From Nemertoderma westbladi (Eukaryota > Animalia > Xenacoelomorpha): a stretch of DNA of 47,009 nt. The DNA lies in the NCBI GenBank assembly GCA_032718475.1, contig JAUCBJ010001809.1, positions 1 through 47,009 on the forward strand. The letters run 5' to 3'. Shown piece by piece: positions 11,927 to 23,056 of the stretch. Positions within the stretch are counted from its first letter, which is position 1, and every line of letters starts with the position of its first letter. A program made the translations under genes and the position numbers. A model generated the notes under the pieces. The model was not told where the DNA came from. It saw only the letters and a list, made by a program, of their open reading frames with translations, and ran no database searches.

Positions 11927-14334
11927 CAGTCCAGCTCACCAACAGAGTGCCATCGGATCCGATCTGAACCGATCGGATCCAACAGCTTCAAACACTTTCA
12001 GACAAACTCCAACAGTCCAACAACTTCAAACAGATTCAGACAGTTTCAAACAGATTCAGACAGTTTCAAACAGAATCAGACAACTTCCAACAACCTGTCA
12101 ATCACTCCACCCACACTCAACCGCAACCCCAACTCAACTCCCATCTTCTTGCGCGCAGATAGAATGAAAGCGTTTGAAACTACTAAAGGAACTCCATTCA
12201 TAAAGCCATAATAACGACAGAGTGGACTGGCCACTGGCGGCGCCCTTGAACATTCACACTAACTTAAGCCGACCTGAAGGAACAGCCCATTAGTGAGGTC
12301 GGTATTTCTCTTTATTCCTGCCGCTATCTTTGAATAACACAATAGCAGAAAGCTAACCAGTGGTCTACCCCCAATACAAGAAAGACAAGTTGGCTACCAT
12401 TGAAATGAATGGGGAATGGAATTTTGTGTTCACATACTAATGTTGCTTTGGGTTGGTCTAGAGCCATACAATAGAGCTTTACGGAAATACACTTCCAAAG
12501 AGCCAAGCAGTGGCGGTATAGGTCCAAAATGCCCATGTAGAATTTCTTCGAATAAGGCTCAATTTCTTTAAGTTACATTAATTAAAATACTGATAAATAT
12601 ATTTTGCTTTTCGCAGGAGAGACAGTATCCCCCTCTACAGTTAATATAGTGTACGTACAGGTGTTAGTTATATCGTTGCGTTTATTTATATTTATACAGG
12701 TTTGGATATGATCTTTACTAGTTTGATTTTTGTTTTGTCAATTAATTAATTGTGCGGTTAATTTGTCAATCACAGCCTTAATTGGCTACATTGCTAATTG
12801 TATGAATGAATATAATTAGTTATTAAGACATTATTTTAATTAGTATCTGGTGTGATTAGGTCAACCTTTTACATAACAATAGGAATTCAATGGCGGATAT
12901 ACTACTACTAAGTCGAGCGAACTCGGACAGTGGAAATGAGATCCTTCCAGGCTTCCCGATTCTCCATAGTTGTCGCAATTTCGTTTCTCCCAAGTTCAGA
13001 GATGGCGGATATACATTACATCATAATATGGCATGGCAGTGACGTGAAAACAAGGGCCTTTACATTCCCAATTCTCTATCTAACGTAGGGCCCCGTCCCT
13101 ACGTCCACCCTCCCTTGTGAAGGGCTAGGGGGGACTTTCGACCCATCATTACTAAAGGGTAGTGATAACATTCAAAATAAGTTTTCCCATGTATACGTAA
13201 TTTTATTCTTAAATAGGTACTTGTTTGTTCCTAAATTCTGCCTAAATGCTGCCTTACTCAATGTTAAATAATTTATTGTTCTCGAATATTTATTTCGTAA
13301 CTAGAGAACCGCTTAACTACAAACCAATATTGGATATGGAGTTCCGTTTCGAAGTTCGCCTTGCAGAGACTAAAGTTGCAATAACTTTTGAGTGTGTGAA
13401 TGTAATTTACTCAAATAAATAGGGTAGGTGCGCGAAAAAATAGTTGGGCTAGAAGTATTACGTGCAAACCTGTTCTATTTCGATGCTCTTTCAATACAAC
13501 TAATAAAATTAACCAAAAATATTTTTTTCACTCAATGTAATTATATTTACTGTTTGCTTAATCTGTTTGTGTTTATATCTGTTTATGTGCAGTATTTAGT
13601 GCCCTATGTCAAAGAAACTAATATATTTATAGCATTATTTACATTTCTAATTAAATTAATCCTTGGTGTTTTTCTGCAATAATTTATCAAAATATCCTCT
13701 TTTTTTTACAAAAACCATATCGATTTTCATATTTATAACTTCTAACCTACTCCAACAGATATAAGGAATTAAAAACGTGTTGGTGTTATTATATTCATTT
13801 ATCGGAATTTATATTATAGGAATTTATTATTCGTTTATGCATTCTAGTTAATTAATTGATATAATTAACGACATAATTATGTAAATAAAAATTGTTAAAT
13901 GAAACAAATCTTTGTTTCGGTTTATAATTGACAATAGCACACCCTCACAATCACTTCAAATTGAGAGTTAAAGTGATTGACATTTTGTTAATGAACTACG
14001 CTTTTGTAAGGCATTGGCAAATTCCAACAAATTCCGATGGCGTCAAACATCTTCAGACAACTTCAAACAGTTTCAGACAATTTCAAACAGCTTCAGACAA
14101 CTTCAAACAACTTCAGATAGCTTCCAACAACATCCAACAGAAATTTCAAACACTTTCAGACGGATTTCAGACAGATTCAGATGGGCTCCAACAGACTAAA
14201 CTTGTTGGAAATATTTTCTCCAACAGAATCAAACAGTACTAAATCTCCGTAGGTTAGCATTGTGCTTGTTTGAAGCTGTCGGAGTGTGTTGGATCCGATC
14301 GGATCCGATGGCACTCTGTTGGTGAGCTGGACTG
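11927..14334. mobile_element. Non-autonomous TIR DNA transposon, Tc1/mariner/pogo-type ends, about 2.4 kb
   Basis: TA|CAGTCCAGCTCACCAACAGAGTGCCATCGGATCCGATC at 11925 and its exact reverse complement ending ACTG|TA at 14336; subterminal TTCAAACAG/TTCAGACA repeats; no transposase ORF seen. Confidence 0.8.
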
Positions 14335-14534
14335 TACATGGGAAAAAAACGAGATATTTTTTTCTAATTTTCTTTCGACTCTCTATTATAATCATATCAA
14401 TAAAGTCCAGCTACCTGTAGGAACACAATATGCACAAATTTTTCCGAAAATATCCGTAAATTGTTAAAATCATTGAAACCAGGCCGGAACACAGTGTGAT
14501 TGTTGGTTGTGATTGTCAATGTAGCCTATTTATA

Positions 14535-15400
14535 TATTTTTTTTTTTTATTATTTATTACACCAAAATATGGTAATTGCTGTTATAAGCCACGTGTTAAA
14601 ATTATTAAGATCATATTTAATAATAAAAATATACCAATAAATATAAATTAAAAGTTATGTGCAACGCCTCATGTGCAAGTGTGAAGGTGGTGGTTCGCCA
14701 GCTGGTTGAGGGATTTCGAGTTGCGGTGGCACATAAGTATATGATATAATGGTGCCGGCTGTCCGCACAGCTCACAAACGCATTCGCTACTCGGGTAGTG
14801 GAATGTTCTAGAACTACAAACTAGGTGGTGATACCCATGGATTGAGAGTCTAGTGATGACATGGCGGTTCCGTTGGTTTGATCTTGTCCACCTCCTATCC
14901 GAGAAAGCCAATGCCGTCCAGAAATCCGAGTTAATTTCTTGCTGTTTATTATGGATACACAACATGTACTTTTGATATTCCGTCGTGTGCGTAAGATTCA
15001 ACCTTTTGGCGATTTCGACTACGAAGTGGTCTTCCACGCATAATGCTAATACCAGTCTGTTTTGTGAATTTTTGTGCACCCCAATAGTTTTCTTTAGATA
15101 TGTGGATTTGATTTTGTCCAGTGAGTGGAGGTTAGTTGCCGAGAGAAAGGGCCAGATTTCGCGCAGTCCATATGTAACAACCGGGTGAACTTTAAGTCAA
15201 AATAATGCAATGAAGTTTCCAGTGAGAGCAGTTGAGAGTTCTTGATGGAGTGAGCCGCCTTTAGCGCCTTACATGTTACTTCGGTGATATGCTTTGTAAA
15301 CGATAGGGTTGTCTGGAAGGTGACCCCTAAATATTTGTATGAGTTAGAGATGGTTACTTGTTTACCATTGTAGGTGAACTTATCCGCCGTGCTATTGCTC
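14535..15400 (-). mobile_element. 5'-truncated, frameshifted LINE (RT thumb region to CCHC knuckle, A-rich tail)
   Basis: FTYNGKQVTISNSYKYLGVTFQTTLSFTKHI, then in another frame CELCGQPAPLYHILMC; AATAAA and an A-run on the minus strand near 14537-14557. Confidence 0.8.
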
Positions 15401-15974
15401 TGTTCTGTTAAATTCCTACAGTAGTTGCTGTATACGTACAGAATCAAAGAAAAGCGAACCCGTGAACAAATATGGAACAAATTCGCGATAAATTTTCCAA
15501 GAGCCAACGATAGCACTGCACTTCAAATGCAATGATACTTTATAATTATTGCGCTATTGAAATGGAATTAATTACAACTTTTGAATGCAATTTAAACTTC
15601 TTTTTTTTAGTTTTCCGTAAACTTACAATGGAATAGTGTTCTTTTCTAGTAAACTAGTTATCATTATACTATTAGTATTAGTACATTAGTACTGCATTCG
15701 TAATAAAGTAGTTCTGGCCCACCAGTTTTATGGTTTAATAGACAAAATTCCGCGAACAAATAAGATTAATTAACAATAGCTAGAAAAATTAATAATAATA
15801 ATAATTTATTGCAAGGCTAAGACCCATAATATATATAATTATACAACAGCGATAGCACAAAGAGATTATCAAACAGTTATAGAAAATATCGATGCAGATT
15901 TAATAGATGAATTCCGGTATAAAATGTCAGTAGAAGTTGATTTAATTACTACCGGTCGGTGGTCTAATAAAGTT

Positions 15975-17861
15975 TTAAGGTTTGGCCGAACATTTCTGCA
16001 GCAGTTGGGCGTGGCAGGAATCACAGACTCGCGAGGCTTTCCCAACGCCTCCTGGCGAGTCCAACATGAACTTATTATCGGAACAACTGTCGCAGAATAT
16101 TTCCCCGCAGTTGCGGCAGTGGTGTTTTCTACGGGACACGGTGAACCGTTTACAGCAACCCGCGCACATATCGCGCTGTTTATCGTCGGCCCAGCCGCCC
16201 GTCTCCACTGAATTCTTACGCTCGGTAAACTCGTCGAACTCTAGCTGGGCCTCCTGCAACCTCCTCCCCATTTCGGAGAGCGCTTCCTCCTGCCCACGAA
16301 CCAACTCCTTGAGTTTCCCGTTCTCCAGCACCAACGACTGGTTCCGTTTATCGTTCTGCGCGAGTCGGGAACTCAACTCCTTGTAACCGAGCCGCTCCAA
16401 CTCGAGACTCTCGGCGAACCCGCGGTTCTCCGCTCGCAACGCGGCGACCTCGGCCTCCAGCTGGGCCACCGTCGCGTCCCGGACTCCCACCAGCAACCCC
16501 AGCTGTTTTGCCGACTCCGCCACCGCCTCAGCCGTACTCGCCGACCCCTCCCGCACCGAACGCAACTCCTCGCTCAGCTGTTTAACCGCGGCGGTCTGCT
16601 TCCGGACTCGGTCCTCCAGCTGCACCACCAACTCCGACTTGTGCTGCAACTGATTCTCCGACGACTCCAGTTTGTTGTAGAGGCCGATGTTGATCGCTTT
16701 GACGTCGTTTAGCTGCTTCCGCAACGTGGCCAACGCGTCCTGCTTCTCGTGCACGTCGGTCTCCAACAACCGCATCGCGGTCTCCATCTCGCGTCGCATC
16801 CCGCGTTCCACGCCCACCTCCCGGACCGCGTTCCCCCGCGCCGAACGTTCCGCCTCCAGCTGGGCCCGACAGTCCCGGTACAGGCCGTCCAACCCCGACC
16901 GTGACGTCACCAACGATTCCTTCTCGATCTCCAGATCGTCTCGGGTCTCCTGTAGAACCCGCCCTAGCCGATTCTCCGATTCGAATTTATTCTCTACTAG
17001 TTTATCTTTCTCCGTCTGCAATCCGATTATTAAATTATCTTTCTCTAATAAATTTTGTTTTATTTTTTTACTTTCAGTTTCTAACTGCGCGATAATATCC
17101 CGCTGTTTATCGAGTTTCCCTTGGAGGGCGGCGGATTGGCTCTGCAGATGGTCACATCGCTCCTCCAGGAAGTTCTTCTGGTCTAACAACCCGGACAGTT
17201 CGGCGTTGGTGTCTGAGTTGCCACGGAGCTCCGGACTGCCGCCGCGTCCGGACGCCATGGCGACGGGCCCGGAATCCGCGAGGAAGTTGACCAGATCGAC
17301 GGCGAGAATCGCCGCGTCCAACGCGTCCTGGGGGCCGCACATATTGTAGTCGATAACGTTGAGACTGACAAGCAGACCGGCGAACACGAGTCCGCATTCG
17401 TCGTCCAACACCAAGGCCCACGGCTCATAGAGGTCGAGGAGGAGAGCGGAAGAGTCGAGGAGCGAACCGAGGAGCGTTGCGAGTCTCTTCTGCATCAACG
17501 CGATCCGCAACCACGCTCGCGCCCTCCCCAACCCGGTTTTAACCCCCGGTAAGTTCCTCACGCTGTGGGTTATAGTTTCCGCTGATGGTTCTACGCGCTC
17601 AACCAGCTCTAGCGCCGGCCAGAATGCTACGGGGACGCCGATCCAGTTGCGATGCGATTTGAGTCCGTGGCTGAGGCACTTCTCGAGGACTGCGAAAACG
17701 TTCTGTAACGGAGGGTATTCGTCGTTGTCCAGGACACGGTTGTACCGGTAGGATTCATCGATTAGATGACGGATTGTTAGTTTACAGAGTTTCAGTAAAT
17801 TGTTCCGTTCGATGCGGTGGACTTGGTTGGCTTGAGTGTGGAACTCAACTTGAGTGTTCAT
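15975..17861 (-). CDS. RUFY: RUN and FYVE domain-containing protein (RUFY1/2-like), 628 aa, uninterrupted CDS
   Basis: N-terminal RUN domain (LEKCLSHGLK, GRARAWLRIALMQKRL, LYEPWAL), long coiled coils, C-terminal FYVE (WADD, RRKHHCRNCG, RVC). Confidence 0.93.
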   Translation of the reverse strand: MNTQVEFHTQANQVHRIERNNLLKLCKLTIRHLIDESYRYNRVLDNDEYPPLQNVFAVLEKCLSHGLKSHRNWIGVPVAFWPALELVERVEPSAETITHSVRNLPGVKTGLGRARAWLRIALMQKRLATLLGSLLDSSALLLDLYEPWALVLDDECGLVFAGLLVSLNVIDYNMCGPQDALDAAILAVDLVNFLADSGPVAMASGRGGSPELRGNSDTNAELSGLLDQKNFLEERCDHLQSQSAALQGKLDKQRDIIAQLETESKKIKQNLLEKDNLIIGLQTEKDKLVENKFESENRLGRVLQETRDDLEIEKESLVTSRSGLDGLYRDCRAQLEAERSARGNAVREVGVERGMRREMETAMRLLETDVHEKQDALATLRKQLNDVKAINIGLYNKLESSENQLQHKSELVVQLEDRVRKQTAAVKQLSEELRSVREGSASTAEAVAESAKQLGLLVGVRDATVAQLEAEVAALRAENRGFAESLELERLGYKELSSRLAQNDKRNQSLVLENGKLKELVRGQEEALSEMGRRLQEAQLEFDEFTERKNSVETGGWADDKQRDMCAGCCKRFTVSRRKHHCRNCGEIFCDSCSDNKFMLDSPGGVGKASRVCDSCHAQLLQKCSAKP

Positions 17862-18772
17862 TATAGTTATACCGGAACCGAACCAGTAAACAGGAAAGTC
17901 GGCCTGACTTCAGAACTTCAGACTTGGCGACTTGGGATATCAGAATGAGAGAATAACCCTGCCAGCGCAGCGTCAGCCTGAATAGGCCTACAAGCTCGCC
18001 AGTATATCAGTAAACAGTACCGGTAGGTATTGCAGTATTGTGTATTGACGTATTGTCAACTGGGATGTTATTTGCCTTTCTTTACAGCGCGAAGCTACCG
18101 GTATGCTAATGCTTTATTAAATTCACACCACTTAAGTTTGATATATTTTTGCTTGAATTTATATATCCGTAAGAAAATCCATTTGTAAATTTAACATGAA
18201 TCCTATTAGCATTGATTTTAATTAATTAATTAAACAACCACAAATAGTGGCATCGTTAATACAATGGCAAAGTTGATATCGCTGTTATTTTGTACCGGTA
18301 TATTAAATGAAATAGAACACATAATACACATTTTTACACATTAATAACACAATCATTGTGTACATATTAATTACAGAATATTGCAATATTACAATGTAAA
18401 TATCTGTTTTCAATATTTCAGGTGGGTTGTTCCTTACAACCGTTATCTTCTTCAGAAGTTCAGCTGTCACATTTATGTTGAGTATGTTGGGTCCTTCCAT
18501 ACTATTAAGTACATTATTAAGTACATAATCATAATACTGATAATTTGGTCTTAAAATCAGCCAGTGATTGTGCTGTCAGTTATAAATGATTCTGGTTCCT
18601 CATAACTATTATGATTGTACACTTACTGTCAGTCCCCCAACCGCATTTTGGAATTTATTTATATTATATTATATATTGAAGAAGATTAAGGATATTCATT
18701 TGATCTGTTGATACTGCGGATTATACTGTATTGAATAAGTCTAAAGATATTCAATCCGGGTTACAATACAAG

Positions 18773-19969
18773 ATGTCGACTGCCAGTGCCACAATTGATA
18801 GGCAGACCAGCTCTCCAAGCAACAGAAGAGTATCCCTAATCGGTTCGTCAAAATCTACAGCAACGCGAACTTCGGCTGGGAACACCACCAATAAAACCAA
18901 ACAAAATAACACAATGTCCCAACGGACATCTACTGATGGTTACTGTGCATCTGCGAACACAATTTCCACAGTATCGCAGAGGAAAAAAGCAAAACCGAGA
19001 GAATGGATCACCACAAAGATTGAATGCTCCATCTGCCAAATTACCTGGACTGAAATTGAAACGCAGGTGGCTGTTGAGCTTGACATATCCTCACAAAACT
19101 TTATTTGCGGTGTGTGTTCTGCTCAAAAGATTGAAAAGTTGGAAGCTGATCAAGCTACCCTACTGATAGACAACAGCAACCTATCGAAACAACTAGCCCA
19201 TCTGAGAAACTTAACGAATGATGTTCGCAACGATACATCACACCTTACTTCAACAATAAATGAACTCGATGCAACCTTAACAAATAAGATTGATTCATTC
19301 CAAGTTGCGACAACAAATAAACTGGCCGAACTACAATACAGGTTTGAAAATACTGACGCTTTCAAGGTCGACTCAACTCGTCGTATGGATGATCTTTCAG
19401 CAATTGTACATGAATTAAAGCCATCTGACTGTACCCCAACATGGGCAGACATGGTAAAGAAAAACTGTGAAGAATTAAAGACGATCAACGACAAAATTTC
19501 CAACCCTACAAACATCACCAGAGAATTCAATGCAGCTGGAGTTGAAAAAATTATCAAGCAAAATGCAATGAGGAAGTTCAATGTCATTATCAATAAAATG
19601 CCTGGTGACCTATCAGGGAGCAACATGGAAGATCAACATCATTGTGACAGTGCTTTTCTCGAGAAAGCTCTAGGCGAGAAGCTACACTTCCGAACAATTA
19701 CACGTCTTGGTAAGAAAAGGGATGATGGACGGTCTCGACCTGTATTACTATCATTTAACACCGAGGCTGATGCATCTAACTTAATTGCAAAACGGTACTT
19801 TACTGTCAATCAAGAGCGTATATATTTCAATAGAGACTTATCCGAGTTCGAGCGACAACTTGCATATAAACAACGAGTCAAGCGTCGTGAACAATTCTCA
19901 AGACGGCAACACCTCCAAACAACAGCTGCAAATGGAAGTCCACAAAACCCATTTGATATTTTAGATTGA
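18773..19969 (+). CDS. LINE ORF1 protein (Cys finger, coiled coil, RRM-like C-terminal domain), 398 aa from first ATG
   Basis: CSIC...FICGVC, heptad-rich middle, RKFNVIINKMP...RLGKK...RPVLLSF...IYFNRDLS typical of CR1/L2-group ORF1. The track start 18731 is TTG; first ATG is 18773. Confidence 0.85.
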   Translation: MSTASATIDRQTSSPSNRRVSLIGSSKSTATRTSAGNTTNKTKQNNTMSQRTSTDGYCASANTISTVSQRKKAKPREWITTKIECSICQITWTEIETQVAVELDISSQNFICGVCSAQKIEKLEADQATLLIDNSNLSKQLAHLRNLTNDVRNDTSHLTSTINELDATLTNKIDSFQVATTNKLAELQYRFENTDAFKVDSTRRMDDLSAIVHELKPSDCTPTWADMVKKNCEELKTINDKISNPTNITREFNAAGVEKIIKQNAMRKFNVIINKMPGDLSGSNMEDQHHCDSAFLEKALGEKLHFRTITRLGKKRDDGRSRPVLLSFNTEADASNLIAKRYFTVNQERIYFNRDLSEFERQLAYKQRVKRREQFSRRQHLQTTAANGSPQNPFDILD

Positions 19970-22900
19970 CTATCACCGCGCCACTATGTTGACCCAAAAG
20001 ATTCTCCTTATCCTCCTCTCTATGAATGGTTGAGTCAGTTTGACTCCAGGGGAGTCCATGTAGCCCATGCTAATATACGCAGCTTGCTTCCTATGATTCC
20101 CGAACTAAAATGTATATTAGAACCAGGCTCAATTGATATTCTCATGATTTCTGAGTCATGGCTTGATGATTCTATCACTAATGCCGAAATTGGTATTCCT
20201 GGATATAATATCTTTCGGCGCGATAGGAATAGAAATGGAGGTGGAGTCGCTATCTATATCAACTCAAGTCTTGTATTTGATGTTCTAGAATGGAGTTACA
20301 ATTGCACATCTGAGGTTCTATTTGGTGAACTATCATTACCTAGCACAAAGACAATTCTGCTTGGTGTGGTATACCGACCCGACAGTGACAAAAATATGTT
20401 TGACAATCTGGTCTCATTCCTTGGCGATACCTCAAAATACGGTGAGGTAATCATTCTGGGGGATACTAACATAGACCTGTTAGGTAACTACAAATGCATA
20501 CCACCCCTCCTTGCTATCGATGGCCTCCTGCAAAGCCTATACAGCTTCACCAATGCACTTGGTCTCTGCCAGTTAATAACTGAAGCAACTCGGGTCACAG
20601 CTTCTACAGCCACATTAATTGACCATGCCTTTGTTTCGCAACCAAATATGATTACAAGCAGTGGAGTTATTAAGGAACGTCTAAGTGACCACTACATAAT
20701 TTTTGTTACAAGAAAAAGACAAAAACCAAAACCAGCTATTCCCCTGACTAGTAACTGCCGTTCTTACTCAACTTACTCCAAAGAGATATTGCTCGAAAAA
20801 CTGACAAATAATACATCCCTACAAGATTTGCCATATACAACAGATGTCAATACTGCAGCAACCATAGTGGATAATGTGTTAACAAGTATTTTAGATGAAA
20901 TTGCTCCTTTTCGGAAATGCCGCATAAAATCTTTCTCACAACCATGGGTTGATAGGGAGGTGAAAGACGCAATCATCGCCCGCAATAGAGCCTCTCTCAA
21001 ATTCCACAATGAAAGAACACTCCTAAACCAGGAGGCCTTTAGAGTCCTAAGAAACAAAGCAACCAACCTCATAAAATGTAAAAAGGTATCGTACATTAGT
21101 CTACAATTGAAAAATGCAACTGGTGATAGCAAGAAACTGTGGAAAGTTCTTAAGACTATCGGTCCTCCTACTAGAAAGCAAGGAGCCCACTCCAAGACAA
21201 CCACTAAAAGCCTTTTAATTGATGGCGAAATTTCACATGATCCATCGAAAGTCTGCGAGCACCTCAATACCTACTTCACTAATATTTCAAAAGAACTAGT
21301 ATCAGCAATGCCTAAACCACCAGGCCGTTATGGCTTTGAATCTACATTGGAATACTACAAGGGACTCGGAGTAACGGAGAACGCGTTCAGCCTGCACCCA
21401 GTTGAAGAGGATGACGTTGCCAAAATATTCTCTAAGATTGACCCCTGTAAAGCTGGAGGCCCTGATGGTATCCCTTCACGCATAATCAGTGATGGGGCAA
21501 TTGCGCTGATAAAACCGTTTACCCACTTAGTCAACTTGTCTATCTCATCTTCAATCTTTCCTGATAACTATAAAATAGCTCATGTAGTCCCTGCCCATAA
21601 AAAAGGTCCAGTGATAATCAGCGGTAATAACAGGCCCCTTTCCAACCTTCCAATACTGTCGAAAATACTTGAACGCATTGCATATGACCAAATGTTTTTC
21701 TATGTAACTTCAAAACACCTTATGAATAAGTTCCAGTCTGGATTTCGACCTATGTTTTCCACTGATACAACACTCTTATTGGTTGATAACTACATCAGAG
21801 AAGCAATCGACCATGGCCTACTAACTGGTATGATACTGATTGATTTTCGCAAAGCGTTTGATACTCTAAACCATGGCATCATAATACAAAAACTGAGAGC
21901 TATAGGTGCCGACCCATCTACACAGAATTGGTTTAAATCGTACCTAAATGGTCGGATGCAATACGTCGACATTGGTACTGCTACTTCAACTCCACAGGTA
22001 GTCGATGATGGTGTGCCTCAAGGCGCTATATTGGCAGTATTGTTATTTGGTTTAGCAACTAACGACTTTGACCAAATATTACCTTCATCCATGAACAGTA
22101 AAGACGTCTGTTGCACAGCCTGTTCGATCCCAGACTCCTCCCCTATAGCAACTCCAACCTCTGACGATTCCATCCTGCCCCCTAAATTTGCCGATGATGT
22201 TGGTCTCCTCACTGCCAATAGCTGTGTTCAGGCAATATCGTCAACACTATCTGCCACCATGGACAAAGTATCAGACTGGTGCCTTGACAACAGACTGAGT
22301 ATTAACTTTGAGAAAACCGAATGTATTTTATTTGGAACTCATCAGAGATTAGCAGCTGCACCGTATCCCTTAGAGGTATACTGCAATGGAAACCGTATAT
22401 CTACAAAGAAAGCAGTAACCTACCTAGGAGCCACCATAAATGAATCCCTTACTGGTATGGAAATGGTGCTTAGAGTATTAAAAAAAGGAAACTCGCGTCT
22501 ACGCTTCCTTCATCGACATGGTGCCATCCTCGACCGTTCCCTTAGACGACTACTTTGCAATTCACTCATCCAGCCACACATTGACTATGCTGCACCCACT
22601 TGGTTTTTCACCATTACAAAGAAACTTCGAACTAATGTTGAAGCCCTTCAAAGAAAATGCATCCGTTTCTGCCTCGGTCTTGGCCCTCGTATCCATATTA
22701 ATGCTACACATTATGTTGCAATCAACTGGCTTCCCCTCCGCGAGCGAGTGCAATCAGTTATTTTATCACACATGTTTAGAGTCAGAAACGGCCTCTCGCC
22801 AGAGTACATGAACGACATGGTCACTTTCAATGAAGGACGAAGCGGTCTCCGCTCTTCTCAAGATAGGGCATTGATTCCCGATCGGAAGACAATTTATGGA

Positions 22901-23056
22901 CAGACCACTTTCAGTTTCTATGGTCCAAAACTATGGAATGCACTCCCAAAGGTTCTAACTGAGTGCTCTTCATTAGTAACATTTAAACATAAACTGAAGG
23001 ACTACTTACTGACTAAGATCGAAGATGAGGACTCATCCGTCTTTCTCTATATTTAA
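19970..23056 (+). CDS. LINE ORF2: apurinic-type endonuclease plus reverse transcriptase; open frame begins immediately after the ORF1 stop
   Basis: EN motifs HANIRSL, ISESWL, GGGVAIY, VYRP, GDTN, IDH, SDH; RT motifs KAGGPDGI, RPLSNL..LSKILE, QSGFR, DFRKAFD, GVPQG, FADD, YLG. Confidence 0.95.
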   Translation, partial: LSPRHYVDPKDSPYPPLYEWLSQFDSRGVHVAHANIRSLLPMIPELKCILEPGSIDILMISESWLDDSITNAEIGIPGYNIFRRDRNRNGGGVAIYINSSLVFDVLEWSYNCTSEVLFGELSLPSTKTILLGVVYRPDSDKNMFDNLVSFLGDTSKYGEVIILGDTNIDLLGNYKCIPPLLAIDGLLQSLYSFTNALGLCQLITEATRVTASTATLIDHAFVSQPNMITSSGVIKERLSDHYIIFVTRKRQKPKPAIPLTSNCRSYSTYSKEILLEKLTNNTSLQDLPYTTDVNTAATIVDNVLTSILDEIAPFRKCRIKSFSQPWVDREVKDAIIARNRASLKFHNERTLLNQEAFRVLRNKATNLIKCKKVSYISLQLKNATGDSKKLWKVLKTIGPPTRKQGAHSKTTTKSLLIDGEISHDPSKVCEHLNTYFTNISKELVSAMPKPPGRYGFESTLEYYKGLGVTENAFSLHPVEEDDVAKIFSKIDPCKAGGPDGIPSRIISDGAIALIKPFTHLVNLSISSSIFPDNYKIAHVVPAHKKGPVIISGNNRPLSNLPILSKILERIAYDQMFFYVTSKHLMNKFQSGFRPMFSTDTTLLLVDNYIREAIDHGLLTGMILIDFRKAFDTLNHGIIIQKLRAIGADPSTQNWFKSYLNGRMQYVDIGTATSTPQVVDDGVPQGAILAVLLFGLATNDFDQILPSSMNSKDVCCTACSIPDSSPIATPTSDDSILPPKFADDVGLLTANSCVQAISSTLSATMDKVSDWCLDNRLSINFEKTECILFGTHQRLAAAPYPLEVYCNGNRISTKKAVTYLGATINESLTGMEMVLRVLKKGNSRLRFLHRHGAILDRSLRRLLCNSLIQPHIDYAAPTWFFTITKKLRTNVEALQRKCIRFCLGLGPRIHINATHYVAINWLPLRERVQSVILSHMFRVRNGLSPEYMNDMVTFNEGRSGLRSSQDRALIPDRKTIYGQTTFSFYGPKLWNALPKVLTECSSLVTFKHKLKDYLLTKIEDEDSSVFLYI

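Noticed and set aside
16980-17095. AT-rich patch in RUFY as a hidden intron
   Set aside because: It stays in frame, encodes a plausible Lys/Glu/Leu coiled coil, and no convincing donor/acceptor pair was seen; RNA-seq would settle it.
15924-17428. Overlapping and antisense ORFs across RUFY (and likewise across RBM5/10, PDI, SMAD4 and LINE ORF2)
   Set aside because: Shadow ORFs expected in GC-rich coding DNA; no recognisable motifs.
18390-18480. Minus-strand CTGAAGA...GGTTGT/ACAACC...GAAA as a hammerhead ribozyme
   Set aside because: Core words are present, but stem I cannot form adjacent to CUGA, stem II has only two closing pairs and the cleavage triplet would be AUU; at best a decayed remnant.
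19967-19969. ORF1 UGA as a selenocysteine codon
   Set aside because: It lies in an interdomain linker rather than a redox motif, and I could not identify a SECIS (AUGA/GA quartet with apical AA) in the 3' UTR; leaky read-through is the simpler reading.
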